A DNA stretch of 64,000 nt from an uncultured Alphaproteobacteria bacterium. GTDB lineage: Bacteria; Pseudomonadota; Alphaproteobacteria; Rs-D84. Positions 18,858-28,698 of the stretch are shown in pieces (the stretch's first letter is position 1; the number at the start of each line of letters is the position of its first letter). The notes below the pieces were generated by a model. That model was not told the origin of the DNA. It made no database searches and saw nothing but the letters and a program-made list of their open reading frames with translations. The stretch lies in contig CARVLU010000003.1 in assembly GCA_949082785.1 (NCBI GenBank), positions 9,133 through 73,132 of the forward strand, given 5' to 3'. The position numbers and the translations under genes are program-made.

Positions 18858-19256
18858 ATGACACACGCTATGATTGGGCATATGAAGCAACTGACGGACA
18901 CGGATATTCGGCAAATGGGGGATGGTGAATTTATCCCCGACACGCGCAGCGTTAATCGCAGCGTGCGCCGCCATTTGCGTCTGGGGCAATTAATCCCGAC
19001 GCCGCCCGCGGCCGCACCGCGGTTTGCGCGACTGGACCTGCATCATAATACCCAGGAACAAGCCTGGCAGAAAATTAACCAACTGGCCGACAGTGGTGTG
19101 CGCGATGCCCAGATTATAACGGGCGCCAGTGGTATTTTAAAAATCAAGTTTCAACAATGGGTCACGGCCAGCACATTGGCCGAAAAAATCATTTCATGGG
19201 CGCCGGTTAATAACGGCAGCTTTGTGGTGAAATTCAAACGCCGCGCCGCCAATTAA
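18858..19256 (+). CDS. Smr domain-containing protein
   Basis: LDLHHNTQEQAWQKINQLADSGVRDAQIITGASGILKIKFQQWV matches Smr (DLHG..EA...IITGKG..LK..V..WL). Confidence 0.75.
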   Translation: MTHAMIGHMKQLTDTDIRQMGDGEFIPDTRSVNRSVRRHLRLGQLIPTPPAAAPRFARLDLHHNTQEQAWQKINQLADSGVRDAQIITGASGILKIKFQQWVTASTLAEKIISWAPVNNGSFVVKFKRRAAN

Positions 19257-20422
19257 AACGATATCTTTAAATTAACATGCCCGCTGTGGGATGTGTAATC
19301 CCGGCGCATATCCAATTGATATTCCAATCCAACCGAAAACATCGGCGCATACAGACGCAATCCCAATCCGCCCTGGAACGCCGCGCGGGCGGGCACTTCG
19401 ACCGGCACGTCATAGAATTGACCACTCAGCACGCACACCCGCACATCACTGTTACCATGACGCAGCGCATCGTATCCCCCGCCCAGCCGGATATTCGGAC
19501 GCAACCGATAATCAATGCCGGTAAATTCATATTCAACCATTACCCCCGCCATCGCCGTAATCGTGTTAAAGAACCATTTTTCAAACGCCTGGGCGGCGGC
19601 ATCAATATGCTTGTCCGTGCGGATATAGCTGTACCGCGCCCCAATATGCGGCGTCATCACCCAATGCCCGCGCGTCAGATGGATGCCCCCGCTGACCTGG
19701 CCGGCCATGTATTCGGTGTCATAATCGCCACTGTCAACGATGCCGGCAACAGTTTTGTCGTTGGCCCAGCGGGTCTTGCCGCCCGTTGCCGCCACATTTA
19801 AATACATGCCGTTGGCCGCATAATACTGCGCCGCCAACACCAACCCGTTGCTGACCGCGTCGGTATAAATCCGCCCGTGATGGGTGTCGGTCATACTGCG
19901 CGTATATCCAATCGACAGGGCAAATCCTTCGGTCAAAAAGGTGTTTGCACGAATACTGACCCCGGTGGTGTTTGTGCGAAAATCCCCATTTTTACGGGAA
20001 TCAAAATCATTTGTCCCACCAAATACCGTCCCGTCGATGGTGAATACCTGGCGCGTGGGGTCGCACTTTGAATTCGTCCATTGACATCCCGTGCGGCGCC
20101 GCCCCAGCGGCATGCCATACGCGTCCAGGGATGCCGCAATATGGCGGTCTGTTTCAAACAAAGTAATGGCCGTGTCGTTGTGCCCGATAATCGACACCAG
20201 GTCATAAAACGTCGCCAAATCGGAATTATGCGCATCGGTCATACGGGCCGCAATTGCCCCACCCGGCCCCAGATTTCCAAAGATACTGGCCCAGGCATCC
20301 GCCACACCCACCAAATAATCCGGCGCGCCACCGGACTGGGCCATTGCGTTCCCAAACGATGTCCGCGCCGCATGTGCGGTACCACAAAACAATAATACGA
20401 CAACAGGGAAAATATTTTTCAT
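19253..20422 (-). CDS. outer membrane beta-barrel protein, autotransporter beta-domain-like
   Basis: signal peptide MKNIFPVVVLLFCGTAHA, alternating beta-strand pattern, C-terminal ...NLKISF aromatic terminus. Confidence 0.65.
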   Translation of the reverse strand: MKNIFPVVVLLFCGTAHAARTSFGNAMAQSGGAPDYLVGVADAWASIFGNLGPGGAIAARMTDAHNSDLATFYDLVSIIGHNDTAITLFETDRHIAASLDAYGMPLGRRRTGCQWTNSKCDPTRQVFTIDGTVFGGTNDFDSRKNGDFRTNTTGVSIRANTFLTEGFALSIGYTRSMTDTHHGRIYTDAVSNGLVLAAQYYAANGMYLNVAATGGKTRWANDKTVAGIVDSGDYDTEYMAGQVSGGIHLTRGHWVMTPHIGARYSYIRTDKHIDAAAQAFEKWFFNTITAMAGVMVEYEFTGIDYRLRPNIRLGGGYDALRHGNSDVRVCVLSGQFYDVPVEVPARAAFQGGLGLRLYAPMFSVGLEYQLDMRRDYTSHSGHVNLKISF

Positions 20423-20487
20423 GACGCGCCTTATTTTTTGATTATAATAAAAGCCGCCATATAAAATTTTAACAGGAACCATTTGCT

Positions 20488-21423
20488 ATGAAGAAAGTCC
20501 AGACCGTGTACGACCATATCCGGCGCAATAATATCAAGACCATTTTGCTGGTCTTGGGATTTCCGTTAATCTTTGTCGCGTTGATATTTTTATTCGTGTG
20601 GATGGTCGCCCCCGCAAACCAGGCCGCGCACACCACAATCACCGTCGCCATCCCGACATTCATTGCATGCCTGGTCTGGTTGGGGATATCGTGGGCGTTC
20701 GGGGATTCAATGATGCTGTCGGCGGCGCACGCACGTGAAATACACGACGACAATCCCGAATATCGCCAAATCTTTCGCCGTGTGGAAAATGTCGCCTTGG
20801 CCGCGGGATTGCCGACACCACGCGTTTATATCATCGATGACGACGGCATGAACGCATTTGCAACCGGACGCAGCCCCCGCGACGCGTCGGTCGCACTGAC
20901 ACGCGGCATTATCAACAAATTGGATGGCCCGGAACTGGACGGGGTTATCGCACACGAAATGGCCCACATTGGAAACCGCGATATTCGTTTGGACATGTTG
21001 CTGGTCACGGGTGTGGGGGTGACGGTGTTTGCGGCGGATTTTATTCTACGCGCCATGATGGCATCCAACAATAATCGCGACCAGAACGACAAAAACAACG
21101 GCGCCGCAATCTTGATGATGGTGTGGCTGGCGTTTATGGTCTTTAACTGGATAATCACACCTATTTTGCGCATGGCGGTGTCACGCAACCGCGAATATGC
21201 GGCGGACGCAACCGGCGCACAGATTACGCGCAATCCGGGCGCACTGGCGACGGCACTGCAAAAAATTACAAAAAATTCCCATGTGGCCTGTTTGGCGAAA
21301 CAGAAATCAATGCACGCGGCCTGTATCAGTAATCCGGGCGGCATGCGTGAATTTATGGGCGATTTGCTGGCGACGCACCCGCCGGTTGAACGCCGTATTG
21401 AACGCCTGGAATCAATGGCATAA
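20488..21423 (+). CDS. htpX: zinc metalloprotease HtpX (M48)
   Basis: HEMAHIGNRD HExxH motif, N-terminal TM helices, M48 layout. Confidence 0.9.
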   Translation: MKKVQTVYDHIRRNNIKTILLVLGFPLIFVALIFLFVWMVAPANQAAHTTITVAIPTFIACLVWLGISWAFGDSMMLSAAHAREIHDDNPEYRQIFRRVENVALAAGLPTPRVYIIDDDGMNAFATGRSPRDASVALTRGIINKLDGPELDGVIAHEMAHIGNRDIRLDMLLVTGVGVTVFAADFILRAMMASNNNRDQNDKNNGAAILMMVWLAFMVFNWIITPILRMAVSRNREYAADATGAQITRNPGALATALQKITKNSHVACLAKQKSMHAACISNPGGMREFMGDLLATHPPVERRIERLESMA

Positions 21424-21439
21424 AAAAAGGACACAACCA

Positions 21440-22024
21440 ATGGCAAACCTGCACTTTCATTACGGGACAATGGGCTCGTCAAAATCAGCCCAATTGTTGA
21501 TTAACGCGTACAACCAAAACAAACACGGGAACAAAACAGAAATATTAAAGCCCAAAACCGATAACCGTTTCAGTATCGACCACGTGGATTCACGTATCGG
21601 GGGGCTATCGGCCCCCGCGACCGCATTGGAAAATTTAAATCAATACTGGCCCGGGCCTGACACAAAAATGATACTGATTGATGAAATCCAATTCTTTGCC
21701 CCGTCGGACATTGATCAATTGGTCCGGATTGCAGATACGACACCGGTTATTGTCATGTGTTATGGATTAATGGTGGACAGTAACGAACAAATGTTCCCGG
21801 CATCACGCCGATTAATCGAAGTCGGTGCCAAACTGCACCGCATGGAATCGACATGCCAAATGCCGGGCTGCATGCGTCTGGCGACGCATCATTTGCGATT
21901 TGATGCGACGGGCGATGTCATCCGTGCCGGCGAACAAATCTGTGTGGGCGATTCTGCGTTTAAATCGGTCTGTCGCCAACATTTTAATGCGATATATCAC
22001 AATATCAACACGCATACGAAATAA
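21440..22024 (+). CDS. tdk: thymidine kinase
   Basis: MANLHFHYGTMGSSKS P-loop, C-terminal zinc ribbon CxxC...CRQH; start at ATG 21440 (ORF-track 5' extension rejected). Confidence 0.9.
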   Translation: MANLHFHYGTMGSSKSAQLLINAYNQNKHGNKTEILKPKTDNRFSIDHVDSRIGGLSAPATALENLNQYWPGPDTKMILIDEIQFFAPSDIDQLVRIADTTPVIVMCYGLMVDSNEQMFPASRRLIEVGAKLHRMESTCQMPGCMRLATHHLRFDATGDVIRAGEQICVGDSAFKSVCRQHFNAIYHNINTHTK

Positions 22025-22078
22025 ATCAGATATTTTTGCTTGCATTTGAAATAAAATCATATAAAATACTAAAACGTT

Positions 22079-22155
22079 GCGCCCATAGCTTAACTGGATA
22101 AAGCATCTGACTACGGATCAGAAGACTGCGGGTTCGAATCCTTCTGGGCGCGCCA
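22079..22155 (+). tRNA. tRNA-Arg (anticodon ACG)
   Basis: acceptor GCGCCCA/TGGGCGC, anticodon loop CTACGGA, T-loop TTCGAAT, encoded CCA. Confidence 0.9.
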
Positions 22156-22161
22156 GTTTAA

Positions 22162-22194
22162 TAAAAAAATACCACCATGCGTGGTATTTTTTTA
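22162..22194 (+). terminator. rho-independent terminator after tRNA-Arg
   Basis: AAAAAAATACCACCATGCGTGGTATTTTTTT. Confidence 0.85.
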
Positions 22195-22235
22195 TTAACC
22201 CCATGATAACGCGGTTCACCATTTCTATTTTATTA

Positions 22236-22264
22236 TTGCCTGGGTTTTAATAAACGACTATAAT
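22236..22264 (+). promoter_or_regulatory. sigma70-type promoter TTGCCT-17-TATAAT for leader B
   Basis: hexamers and spacing. Confidence 0.5.
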
Positions 22265-22270
22265 ACTTTT

Positions 22271-22484
22271 TGAATCCACGGTTGTGGGTTCGGGACTTCG
22301 AAAATCCCTTATCTGGTCGACATATTGTGTATGTCGTTATTTTGTGCGCGGCGCCTTGCCACGCCCCCCGACATTGGTCGGGTTGTTGCAGTTATACAAC
22401 AGGGGCATCGCCCCAAAGGCTGCAAGGTCATTATCAGATATGATTTTTCGAACTTCCCGACCACCAGATTCTGGTGGTTTTCTT
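22271..22484 (+). promoter_or_regulatory. type-1a structured leader RNA (copy B) ending in terminator GACCACCAGATTCTGGTGGTTTT
   Basis: homologous to 13498-13705 including GGGTTCGGGACTTCGAAAATCCC, GGTCGGGTTGTTGCAGTTATACAACAGG, GCAAGGTCATT, GATTTTTCGAACTTCCCGACCACC. Confidence 0.6.
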
Positions 22485-22497
22485 TGATAACCAAAGG

Positions 22498-23109
22498 ATG
22501 GAAGAAGTGAAGAAAATCAAACAAATAGGTAAAGTCTGGATAATGCTGACGCTGGTCATTATCCCCGGCGTGGCACGGGCGCTGTTGGTGCCACCGGTGG
22601 GCGAATGCGTGGGCGGCACATGCCCCAGCGATGGGCAATATATTGATGGCATCATGTACGGATGCGGGCGTGCAACGGAATGTTACTGCGTCAACAGTGA
22701 CGGCGAAGGAATCAATGTTCCCTGTGGATGCTTTGGCGACGCGGATTGCAAAACCAGCGGTTACGGATGTATTAACGGCCAATGCGCAAAATGCCGCAGT
22801 TGTACAAATTGTACCAGCAGCAACACCTGGGATTCTGTCGCCACCGGGTATCAACGCCGGACCACAAAAACATGTGGGTGTGACGGGACATGCAACACGT
22901 CATATTCTTACCGATGCGCACCCGGATATTTCGGCAACAGTTATAACGGCACATCGGGATGCACGCGTTGCCCGACCGACGGGGGCGTTACCGGGACATC
23001 TGTGGCGGGAACAACCGCACGAACGGGATGCTATGTCGGGGCAAACACGACGGGCCGCGATAATTCCGGGGCGTTTGAATTTACCGGAAATTCTTATTAT
23101 TGTGACTAA
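22498..23109 (+). CDS. secreted cysteine-rich protein, family member (signal peptide MEEVKKIKQIGKVWIMLTLVIIPGVARA)
   Basis: AAGGA SD 5 nt upstream; 28 Cys; CTNCTSSNTWDSVATGYQRR...YRCAPGYFGN...SGCTRCP...GAFEFTGNSYYCD shared module. Confidence 0.8.
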   Translation: MEEVKKIKQIGKVWIMLTLVIIPGVARALLVPPVGECVGGTCPSDGQYIDGIMYGCGRATECYCVNSDGEGINVPCGCFGDADCKTSGYGCINGQCAKCRSCTNCTSSNTWDSVATGYQRRTTKTCGCDGTCNTSYSYRCAPGYFGNSYNGTSGCTRCPTDGGVTGTSVAGTTARTGCYVGANTTGRDNSGAFEFTGNSYYCD

Positions 23110-23179
23110 GGCCATTTTATCCCGCCCCGGCGGGATTTTGGTTTGACTTTTTGGGGGCGGCTGGCATAATGCCATTACC

Positions 23180-23818
23180 ATGTTCACACGCAAAGATATT
23201 CACCCGGATATTGACCCCGTTTTGGCCGCCATCGCACGGGAATTAAAAATGTATGACAATCTGGCGCCGGATGAAATCAACGAATTGACCGGCATCAGCA
23301 CACATCCCACATTTATCGAATTAAATCGACGACATCATGTGTTACAGGCGCGCGCGATGGGTCACCAATATCCGGCCATGACGTATTATCAAATGCTGCG
23401 CCCAACCGTCGTGGCCCAGATTGTTGACATGGAACGCCATTTGGCGCGGTCACGCAACCCACGCATTCGGACCATCATTGGCGCCTGGATTCGGGGCACA
23501 CATTTCAAGCTGGAATTCAATGATGGCTTACATCATCAGGGATTGATAAAACTGGTTCTGGCATATCCACACATGTCGGCCGCGCAACTGGCCCGTCATT
23601 GCATTACGAATAAAATTAATGTATTGGGCGATGCGGCACTGAACACAGATGCCGCGTGCATTTCTGAAATCATCGGCCACATACGGTCATATGTCAATGC
23701 GGACAAACACTGGGCCCCGCATCCCATCACGGACTGTGAACGTCTGTACGCGTCGCGGTGGCTGGAAATTTTCGAACAATCACCCCAGGGGAAAAATACA
23801 AATGGCAAGCAGCGCTGA
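23180..23818 (+). CDS. hypothetical protein
   Basis: 212-aa ORF with host-like composition, no recognisable motif. Confidence 0.55.
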   Translation: MFTRKDIHPDIDPVLAAIARELKMYDNLAPDEINELTGISTHPTFIELNRRHHVLQARAMGHQYPAMTYYQMLRPTVVAQIVDMERHLARSRNPRIRTIIGAWIRGTHFKLEFNDGLHHQGLIKLVLAYPHMSAAQLARHCITNKINVLGDAALNTDAACISEIIGHIRSYVNADKHWAPHPITDCERLYASRWLEIFEQSPQGKNTNGKQR

Positions 23819-24140
23819 ATTCATTGAATTTGTATATGACCAGGTTGCCGCCGCCGGCGCGGTCCGTTATCGCAAAATGTTTGGCGATTACATGGTTTAT
23901 TGCAACGACAAACCGGTTTTGTTGGTATGTGACGACACGGTCTATGTCAAACAAATACCGGAAACACTGGATATGTTTGTGGCCCACGGCGTAACGCCCG
24001 ACGTCGGCATTCCATACACCGGCGCGCGGCCGCATTATATCTTGGACATTGAAAACCCGGATTTGGCGGTGGATATGACACGCATGCTGGCGCGTGTATT
24101 GCCGTTACCAAAGTCCAAGAAGCCGCGCCAGAAAAAATGA
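23802..24140 (+). CDS. TfoX N-terminal domain-like protein
   Basis: MASSAEFIEFVYDQ...RKMFGDYMVYCNDKPVLLVCDDTVYVK resembles TfoX_N fold signature (MFGgyglY..gkmFali.dd.lylK). Confidence 0.55.
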   Translation: MASSAEFIEFVYDQVAAAGAVRYRKMFGDYMVYCNDKPVLLVCDDTVYVKQIPETLDMFVAHGVTPDVGIPYTGARPHYILDIENPDLAVDMTRMLARVLPLPKSKKPRQKK

Positions 24141-24445
24141 ATATGCCCGACATAGATATTGACAATCTGCCCGGGACGCCATTCCAACGCGATGTATGGC
24201 GCGCATTAACACAAATACCGCGCGGTGAAACGCGCACATACGCCGAATTGGCCGCCATGGCGGGCCATCCGACGGCAATCCGTGCGGTGGCCAATGCGGT
24301 TGGCAAAAATCCCATGCCGCCCATCATTCCATGTCACCGCATTATCCGCAGTGACGGCAAAATCGGTGGATATTCCGCCCCGGGCGGCATCGCGACCAAG
24401 CGGCACCTGTTGCAAACCGAAGGCGTCAAATTCCCCGATTTTTAA
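24137..24445 (+). CDS. methylated-DNA--protein-cysteine methyltransferase family protein (DNA-binding/active-site domain only)
   Basis: IPCHRI active-site motif (PCHR), TYAELA HTH; start overlaps upstream stop (ATGA). Confidence 0.8.
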   Translation: MNMPDIDIDNLPGTPFQRDVWRALTQIPRGETRTYAELAAMAGHPTAIRAVANAVGKNPMPPIIPCHRIIRSDGKIGGYSAPGGIATKRHLLQTEGVKFPDF

Positions 24446-24720
24446 GTCAACGGGCATATATCTTCAAAGCGCCAGACACCCGTATCATCACTGTATTCAG
24501 TATCGGCCGGTGCGAACATCATGCACACCCCGGCGGGCGTTGGCAATAAACAGCTGACCGCGTCACCCGCACTGCTGTATCCGGTGGGGCACGCGCCATC
24601 GACGACAATCATAGCTGATTCATTAATCGCGACATAGCCGGACGGGCAACTGGTTCCGGGCGCCGCCGCCATCACAGACGTTGAAACGATTATACCCACC
24701 AATAAACACACCAAACGCAT
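24442..24720 (-). CDS. small secreted cysteine-containing protein (distinct from main family)
   Basis: 92 aa, signal peptide MRLVCLLVGIIVSTSVMAAA, 6 Cys. Confidence 0.55.
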   Translation of the reverse strand: MRLVCLLVGIIVSTSVMAAAPGTSCPSGYVAINESAMIVVDGACPTGYSSAGDAVSCLLPTPAGVCMMFAPADTEYSDDTGVWRFEDICPLT

Positions 24721-24722
24721 CC

Positions 24723-25148
24723 TTAATCACCCAAATTGGAAAATAAAATTGCTTGGAAATCGGTGGATGCCGCTGCAAAAGTTGCACAGTTCCGCGCACA
24801 AGATTGAGCACAATTATACGCCGATTCCCTATCTTCCAAATACACCCAAGACGATACAGCGGGTGTAACAATTTTACACCAACAATACCGATTATTCTCA
24901 CTGGTGGTACTGATCTTAACTGTATCCGATATGGCACCTATTCTGTTGCTCTTTTGGCTTCCACAAAACATAACGCCATTTATCTGAATCTTATTACAAC
25001 TAAATGTCCAGTTAGATTGGCCCAATGCCACTGCCTGATTATACGAACAATTCGCACTGGGCGTTAATTTAACACATTTTGTTGCGGCATGTACGGATGA
25101 CGTTGCCGCCATTAATCCCGCAGTAAAACACAACAAATAAATTTTCAT
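24723..25148 (-). CDS. small secreted cysteine-containing protein
   Basis: signal peptide MKIYLLCFTAGLMAATSSVHA, 10 Cys; GGGGGGA SD upstream; 3-nt gap to downstream gene. Confidence 0.55.
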   Translation of the reverse strand: MKIYLLCFTAGLMAATSSVHAATKCVKLTPSANCSYNQAVALGQSNWTFSCNKIQINGVMFCGSQKSNRIGAISDTVKISTTSENNRYCWCKIVTPAVSSWVYLEDRESAYNCAQSCARNCATFAAASTDFQAILFSNLGD

Positions 25149-25214
25149 TTTGTTCGCAATCCCCCCATTTTTTGCCGCAATTAACCGGTGGTTTAGATTA
25201 GGCAATTTTTCCGT

Positions 25215-25243
25215 TTGACACACGCCCAGAAATTGTATATTTT
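25215..25243 (+). promoter_or_regulatory. orphan consensus promoter TTGACA-17-TATATT on + strand (no CDS downstream before terminator at 25372)
   Basis: perfect -35 with 17-nt spacer; would give a ~150-nt transcript ending at the 25372-25397 terminator. Confidence 0.3.
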
Positions 25244-25371
25244 TACATCAATTCATCAGGAATAAATACCGCCAAATTAATCGACCGATTATTTTAGCGG
25301 TGCTTTTTTATGCCACGCGCCCTGGATTTTCGGGGGACACAACCCTGTGCATGCGGCACAGATAAAACAAC

Positions 25372-25397
25372 AAAAATCCCCCGATTGGGGGATTTTT
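25372..25397. terminator. bidirectional rho-independent terminator
   Basis: AAAAATCCCCCGATTGGGGGATTTTT. Confidence 0.85.
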
Positions 25398-26658
25398 ACA
25401 ACTGGATAAACATATCCGGGTGATCGGCCAATTGCCCAATGGCGTCATCGACAACCGCACGGAATTTCAAGAACCGTTCTTTTTCCGCCGCGCCCAGATT
25501 GCTGATGGCGGGCAATTTTACCGTCATGGGATTGACGTGTTTGCCGTTCTTGATAATTTCATAGTGCAAATGCGGGCCCGTTGACATCCCGGTCGAACCG
25601 ACGTATCCGATGGTCTGGCCCTGGCGGACATTGGTGCCGACGACGACGCCCTTGGCAAATTTGGACATGTGGGCGTACAGTGTTTCATACGACCCGTTGT
25701 GCCGAATTTTCACATAGTTACCGTGCCCGCGATTGTAACTGCGTGCGACAACGCGCCCCGCACCGGCTGCCGGAATCGGCGTGCCGGTCGATGCGCGGAA
25801 ATCAACCCCCTTGTGCGCGCGGGTATATCCCAAAACGGGATGTTTGCGGCGCAAATTAAAACTGCTGGTGACACGGGCATTGTTAATCGGCGTACGCTTT
25901 AACGATTTAATCGCACCGTTGCCATCTTCGTCATAATATCCGGTGGTGCCGTCCGATTTGCGGAAACGGTACATTTTGACATTACCGCGCAACGCTTCGA
26001 ACGACACGGCCAAAACGCGGCCATTATCTACCTTGGCCCCGTCAAAATAATTTTCTTCGTACATGACGCCGAATTTCTGGCCGGCGCGGATATCACGTTC
26101 AAAATCCATTTCGAACGCCAGCAAGTCGTACACATCGGCCAAAATCCCGGCCGGGATGCCCGCACGTTGGCCGGCGACAAAGAAACTGTCGCCATCCTTA
26201 ATTTCGCCACTGCGATAAACGACGCGCGTGTCGCGTTCGATATCAACGGTCTTGCATTCCCACATGCCGTCGCCGACACATGTCAGTTCCACCTGGCGCC
26301 AGGGGCTGGGGATTAACACAACCTGATGCACGGGGGCATCTGCGCGGGGGCGGCGAAATTCGATTTTATCGGAATCTGCCCGCAGGGTTGAAATCCCGGC
26401 GTCTTTCTTTAACGTGGCGGCGATGGTTTCAATGTCGCGGGCGGTCAATCCCTGGGCCGATAATAATTGGCCCAGTGTATCCCCACTGGCGACGGCAACG
26501 GTGGACGTACAATTGGACGCGGCACCGGACACGACGCGGTCCGCAATGCGCGGACGCGTTAATACCAATACCACCGCGACCGCCGTCAATAACAACGCCA
26601 GGCCCAAGACCACTTTGGTTAAACGATTTGGGTTCAGAATATTTTTTGCTTTTTCCAT
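25396..26658 (-). CDS. M23 family metallopeptidase (membrane-anchored)
   Basis: HKGVDF ... GSTGMSTGPHLHYEI signature of M23 LytM domain; N-terminal TM; start at MEKAKNIL. Confidence 0.85.
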   Translation of the reverse strand: MEKAKNILNPNRLTKVVLGLALLLTAVAVVLVLTRPRIADRVVSGAASNCTSTVAVASGDTLGQLLSAQGLTARDIETIAATLKKDAGISTLRADSDKIEFRRPRADAPVHQVVLIPSPWRQVELTCVGDGMWECKTVDIERDTRVVYRSGEIKDGDSFFVAGQRAGIPAGILADVYDLLAFEMDFERDIRAGQKFGVMYEENYFDGAKVDNGRVLAVSFEALRGNVKMYRFRKSDGTTGYYDEDGNGAIKSLKRTPINNARVTSSFNLRRKHPVLGYTRAHKGVDFRASTGTPIPAAGAGRVVARSYNRGHGNYVKIRHNGSYETLYAHMSKFAKGVVVGTNVRQGQTIGYVGSTGMSTGPHLHYEIIKNGKHVNPMTVKLPAISNLGAAEKERFLKFRAVVDDAIGQLADHPDMFIQL

Positions 26659-26679
26659 GACGGGGATTATAATTGCTTT

Positions 26680-27453
26680 ATGAAAATAAATCAAGCGTTC
26701 ACAATCTTGCAATCGGCCGGCGGTATTCGCGCGGCGCGCATCATTACAAACAAATTTAAAAATCCGTCTACAATCCGTGTGTTATGGATGGCGCGTCAAT
26801 TGCGCCGCGGTGTGCCGGTGGCAAAAATCATCCATGAAAAATGGTTTTATGGCCTGGCGTTTTACACGAACAGATTCACATTGGACCCGCGGCCCGATAC
26901 AGAAACACTGGTGTCGGCGGTTATCACCGATTGCGCGGATGCAACGGCGCGCCGCATTTTAGATTTGGGCACCGGGACCGGTTGCGTTCTGGGGGCATTG
27001 GTCAAAAATATTGCGGGCACATCCGGCGTCGGCATTGACCGGTCACTGGGCGCCGTGCGCGTTGCACGCCGCAATATGCGGACACTGGGGCTGGATAAGA
27101 ATACAACAATTTTATGGCGCAGTTTTAACACACCGCAAATGCCCGGTGCGCCGTTTGACATAATTGTATCAAATCCGCCATACATCGCACATGGTGACAC
27201 CCGCGTCAACGACGCCGCACGACACGACCCGGCGGCGGCGCTGTATGCCGCAAACAACGGATTTGGGGCGTACGAAAAAATTTCACAAAACGCACGCACA
27301 TGGTTGCGCCCGGGCGGACGGATTTATCTGGAAATCGGGGCGGACATGGGGACAATGGTGCGTGAAATCTTTGCCCGCACGGGATGGACGTTTGTGCGGG
27401 CCGAATCCGATTTGGGCGGTATCCAACGCGTGCTGGTTTTTACACTTGCATAA
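26680..27453 (+). CDS. prmC: release factor glutamine N5-methyltransferase PrmC (HemK)
   Basis: LDLGTGTGC SAM motif, NPPY catalytic motif. Confidence 0.85.
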   Translation: MKINQAFTILQSAGGIRAARIITNKFKNPSTIRVLWMARQLRRGVPVAKIIHEKWFYGLAFYTNRFTLDPRPDTETLVSAVITDCADATARRILDLGTGTGCVLGALVKNIAGTSGVGIDRSLGAVRVARRNMRTLGLDKNTTILWRSFNTPQMPGAPFDIIVSNPPYIAHGDTRVNDAARHDPAAALYAANNGFGAYEKISQNARTWLRPGGRIYLEIGADMGTMVREIFARTGWTFVRAESDLGGIQRVLVFTLA

Positions 27454-27474
27454 AATCCGGTAATGCGATATAAT
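27446..27474 (+). promoter_or_regulatory. sigma70 promoter TTGCAT-17-TATAAT of type-2 leader copy 2
   Basis: consensus hexamers, overlaps prmC stop. Confidence 0.55.
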
Positions 27475-27499
27475 TTGGGGCATCGGATGGGGTGAATAT

Positions 27500-27580
27500 A
27501 TGCCTAGTCCAAGGGAACGATTACAATCCCCATACGTGTTTTTGAAAAAATCCCCATTTTCTGCCCCCTGTTGTTTATGA
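27500..27580 (+). CDS. conserved upstream small ORF / leader peptide candidate (MPSPRERLQSPYVFLKKSPFSAPCCL)
   Basis: 26 codons; first 20 codons align gap-free with 4393-4452 uORF; TGA stop 4 nt before main ATG. Confidence 0.4.
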   Translation: MPSPRERLQSPYVFLKKSPFSAPCCL

Positions 27581-27584
27581 TTTT

Positions 27585-28061
27585 ATGCCGAATCCAATCG
27601 TTGGTTTTTGTGTCATGCAAATACCCCAAACAACGCGGTCGGCATGGGCCGCCAATAACTCATGCAGCACAACCATATGTACAAATTCCACCCAGTCCGG
27701 TGTGCCATATGGCCATAATTGCAGAACCAGCCAAACTGTCTGTGACGGGAACATAGGATATCGTTCATGCGTAACATGTGACCGTGCCGTATCCACCCCG
27801 GACCAGATGATAGGCGCCGAATTGTCCGGTTGCAGTGGGGTGTTCATGACATATTCAACATGCAAATGCTTAAAAGGCTATTATTCCAGTGCCGAAAAGT
27901 GTGTTCGATGCCCGGCGGATGCCGATGGCAATTATGGCACCACCGCGGCGGCAGGCGACACAACCCGACCAACAGACTGTTACCTGACGCGCGCCACAGA
28001 ATACCAGGATGACAGCGGGTCATATTCTTACACCCAAAACTGTTATTACAGCAACGGTTAG
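27585..28061 (+). CDS. cysteine-rich protein, family member (no classical signal peptide)
   Basis: 158 aa, 16 Cys; CKCLKGYYSSAEKCVRCP...DCYL...GSYSYTQNCYYSNG shared C-terminal module. Confidence 0.75.
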   Translation: MPNPIVGFCVMQIPQTTRSAWAANNSCSTTICTNSTQSGVPYGHNCRTSQTVCDGNIGYRSCVTCDRAVSTPDQMIGAELSGCSGVFMTYSTCKCLKGYYSSAEKCVRCPADADGNYGTTAAAGDTTRPTDCYLTRATEYQDDSGSYSYTQNCYYSNG

Positions 28062-28062
28062 G

Positions 28063-28698
28063 CTATGATTTAAAATATGGATTACATGTGCGCAAGTGAC
28101 CGATGGTCGAATCCGGGCCGTGGCCATGAATAACCCGCGTATCATCGGGCAAATTCATTTTGGCGACATTTGATATCGACCCGCGCAAGGCGTCCAAATC
28201 GCCCCCCGGCAAATCCCATCGACCGATACCGTCGGCAAAAATCGTATCCCCCGACACCAGGATTTTTTCCCCCGCAAAATGATACATAACCCCGCCACGC
28301 GAATGGCCGGGCGCCGGAATTATTGCGGCAACCAGTCCCGGTAACACAGTTATATTCCCCGCCCCCAATACCATCGGCGGCGTATCGGAATCGGTGACAC
28401 GCGGCAACCCGAAATAATCCAGCAAAGAATTTCCCCACGGGATAATTTCATGGTCACGTTCATTTAAAAACCAGGGAACATTGTAATGCGCGGCCAGAAA
28501 TGGTGCAGCCGAAAAATGGTCGGGATGACCGTGGGTCGTGTACACGGCGCGCAGGCGCAATTTACGATTGTTCAATAAACGCACCCAATCGTCCCCGCGG
28601 CCCCACGCGTCAATAATAACGCAATCGCCGCCCATCGACACCAACACGGAATTGGTGTTTTCGGGCGGCATATGAATGACTTCGATTTTATGCGTCAT
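28063..28698 (-). CDS. MBL-fold metallo-hydrolase (glyoxalase II-like)
   Basis: HTHGHPDH metal-binding motif, downstream His/Asp ligands. Confidence 0.85.
   Translation of the reverse strand: MTHKIEVIHMPPENTNSVLVSMGGDCVIIDAWGRGDDWVRLLNNRKLRLRAVYTTHGHPDHFSAAPFLAAHYNVPWFLNERDHEIIPWGNSLLDYFGLPRVTDSDTPPMVLGAGNITVLPGLVAAIIPAPGHSRGGVMYHFAGEKILVSGDTIFADGIGRWDLPGGDLDALRGSISNVAKMNLPDDTRVIHGHGPDSTIGHLRTCNPYFKS

Noticed and set aside
23596-24035. Minus-strand ORFs of 70 and 102 aa
   Set aside because: They are antisense to the TfoX-like and hypothetical genes, and are short with no start context.
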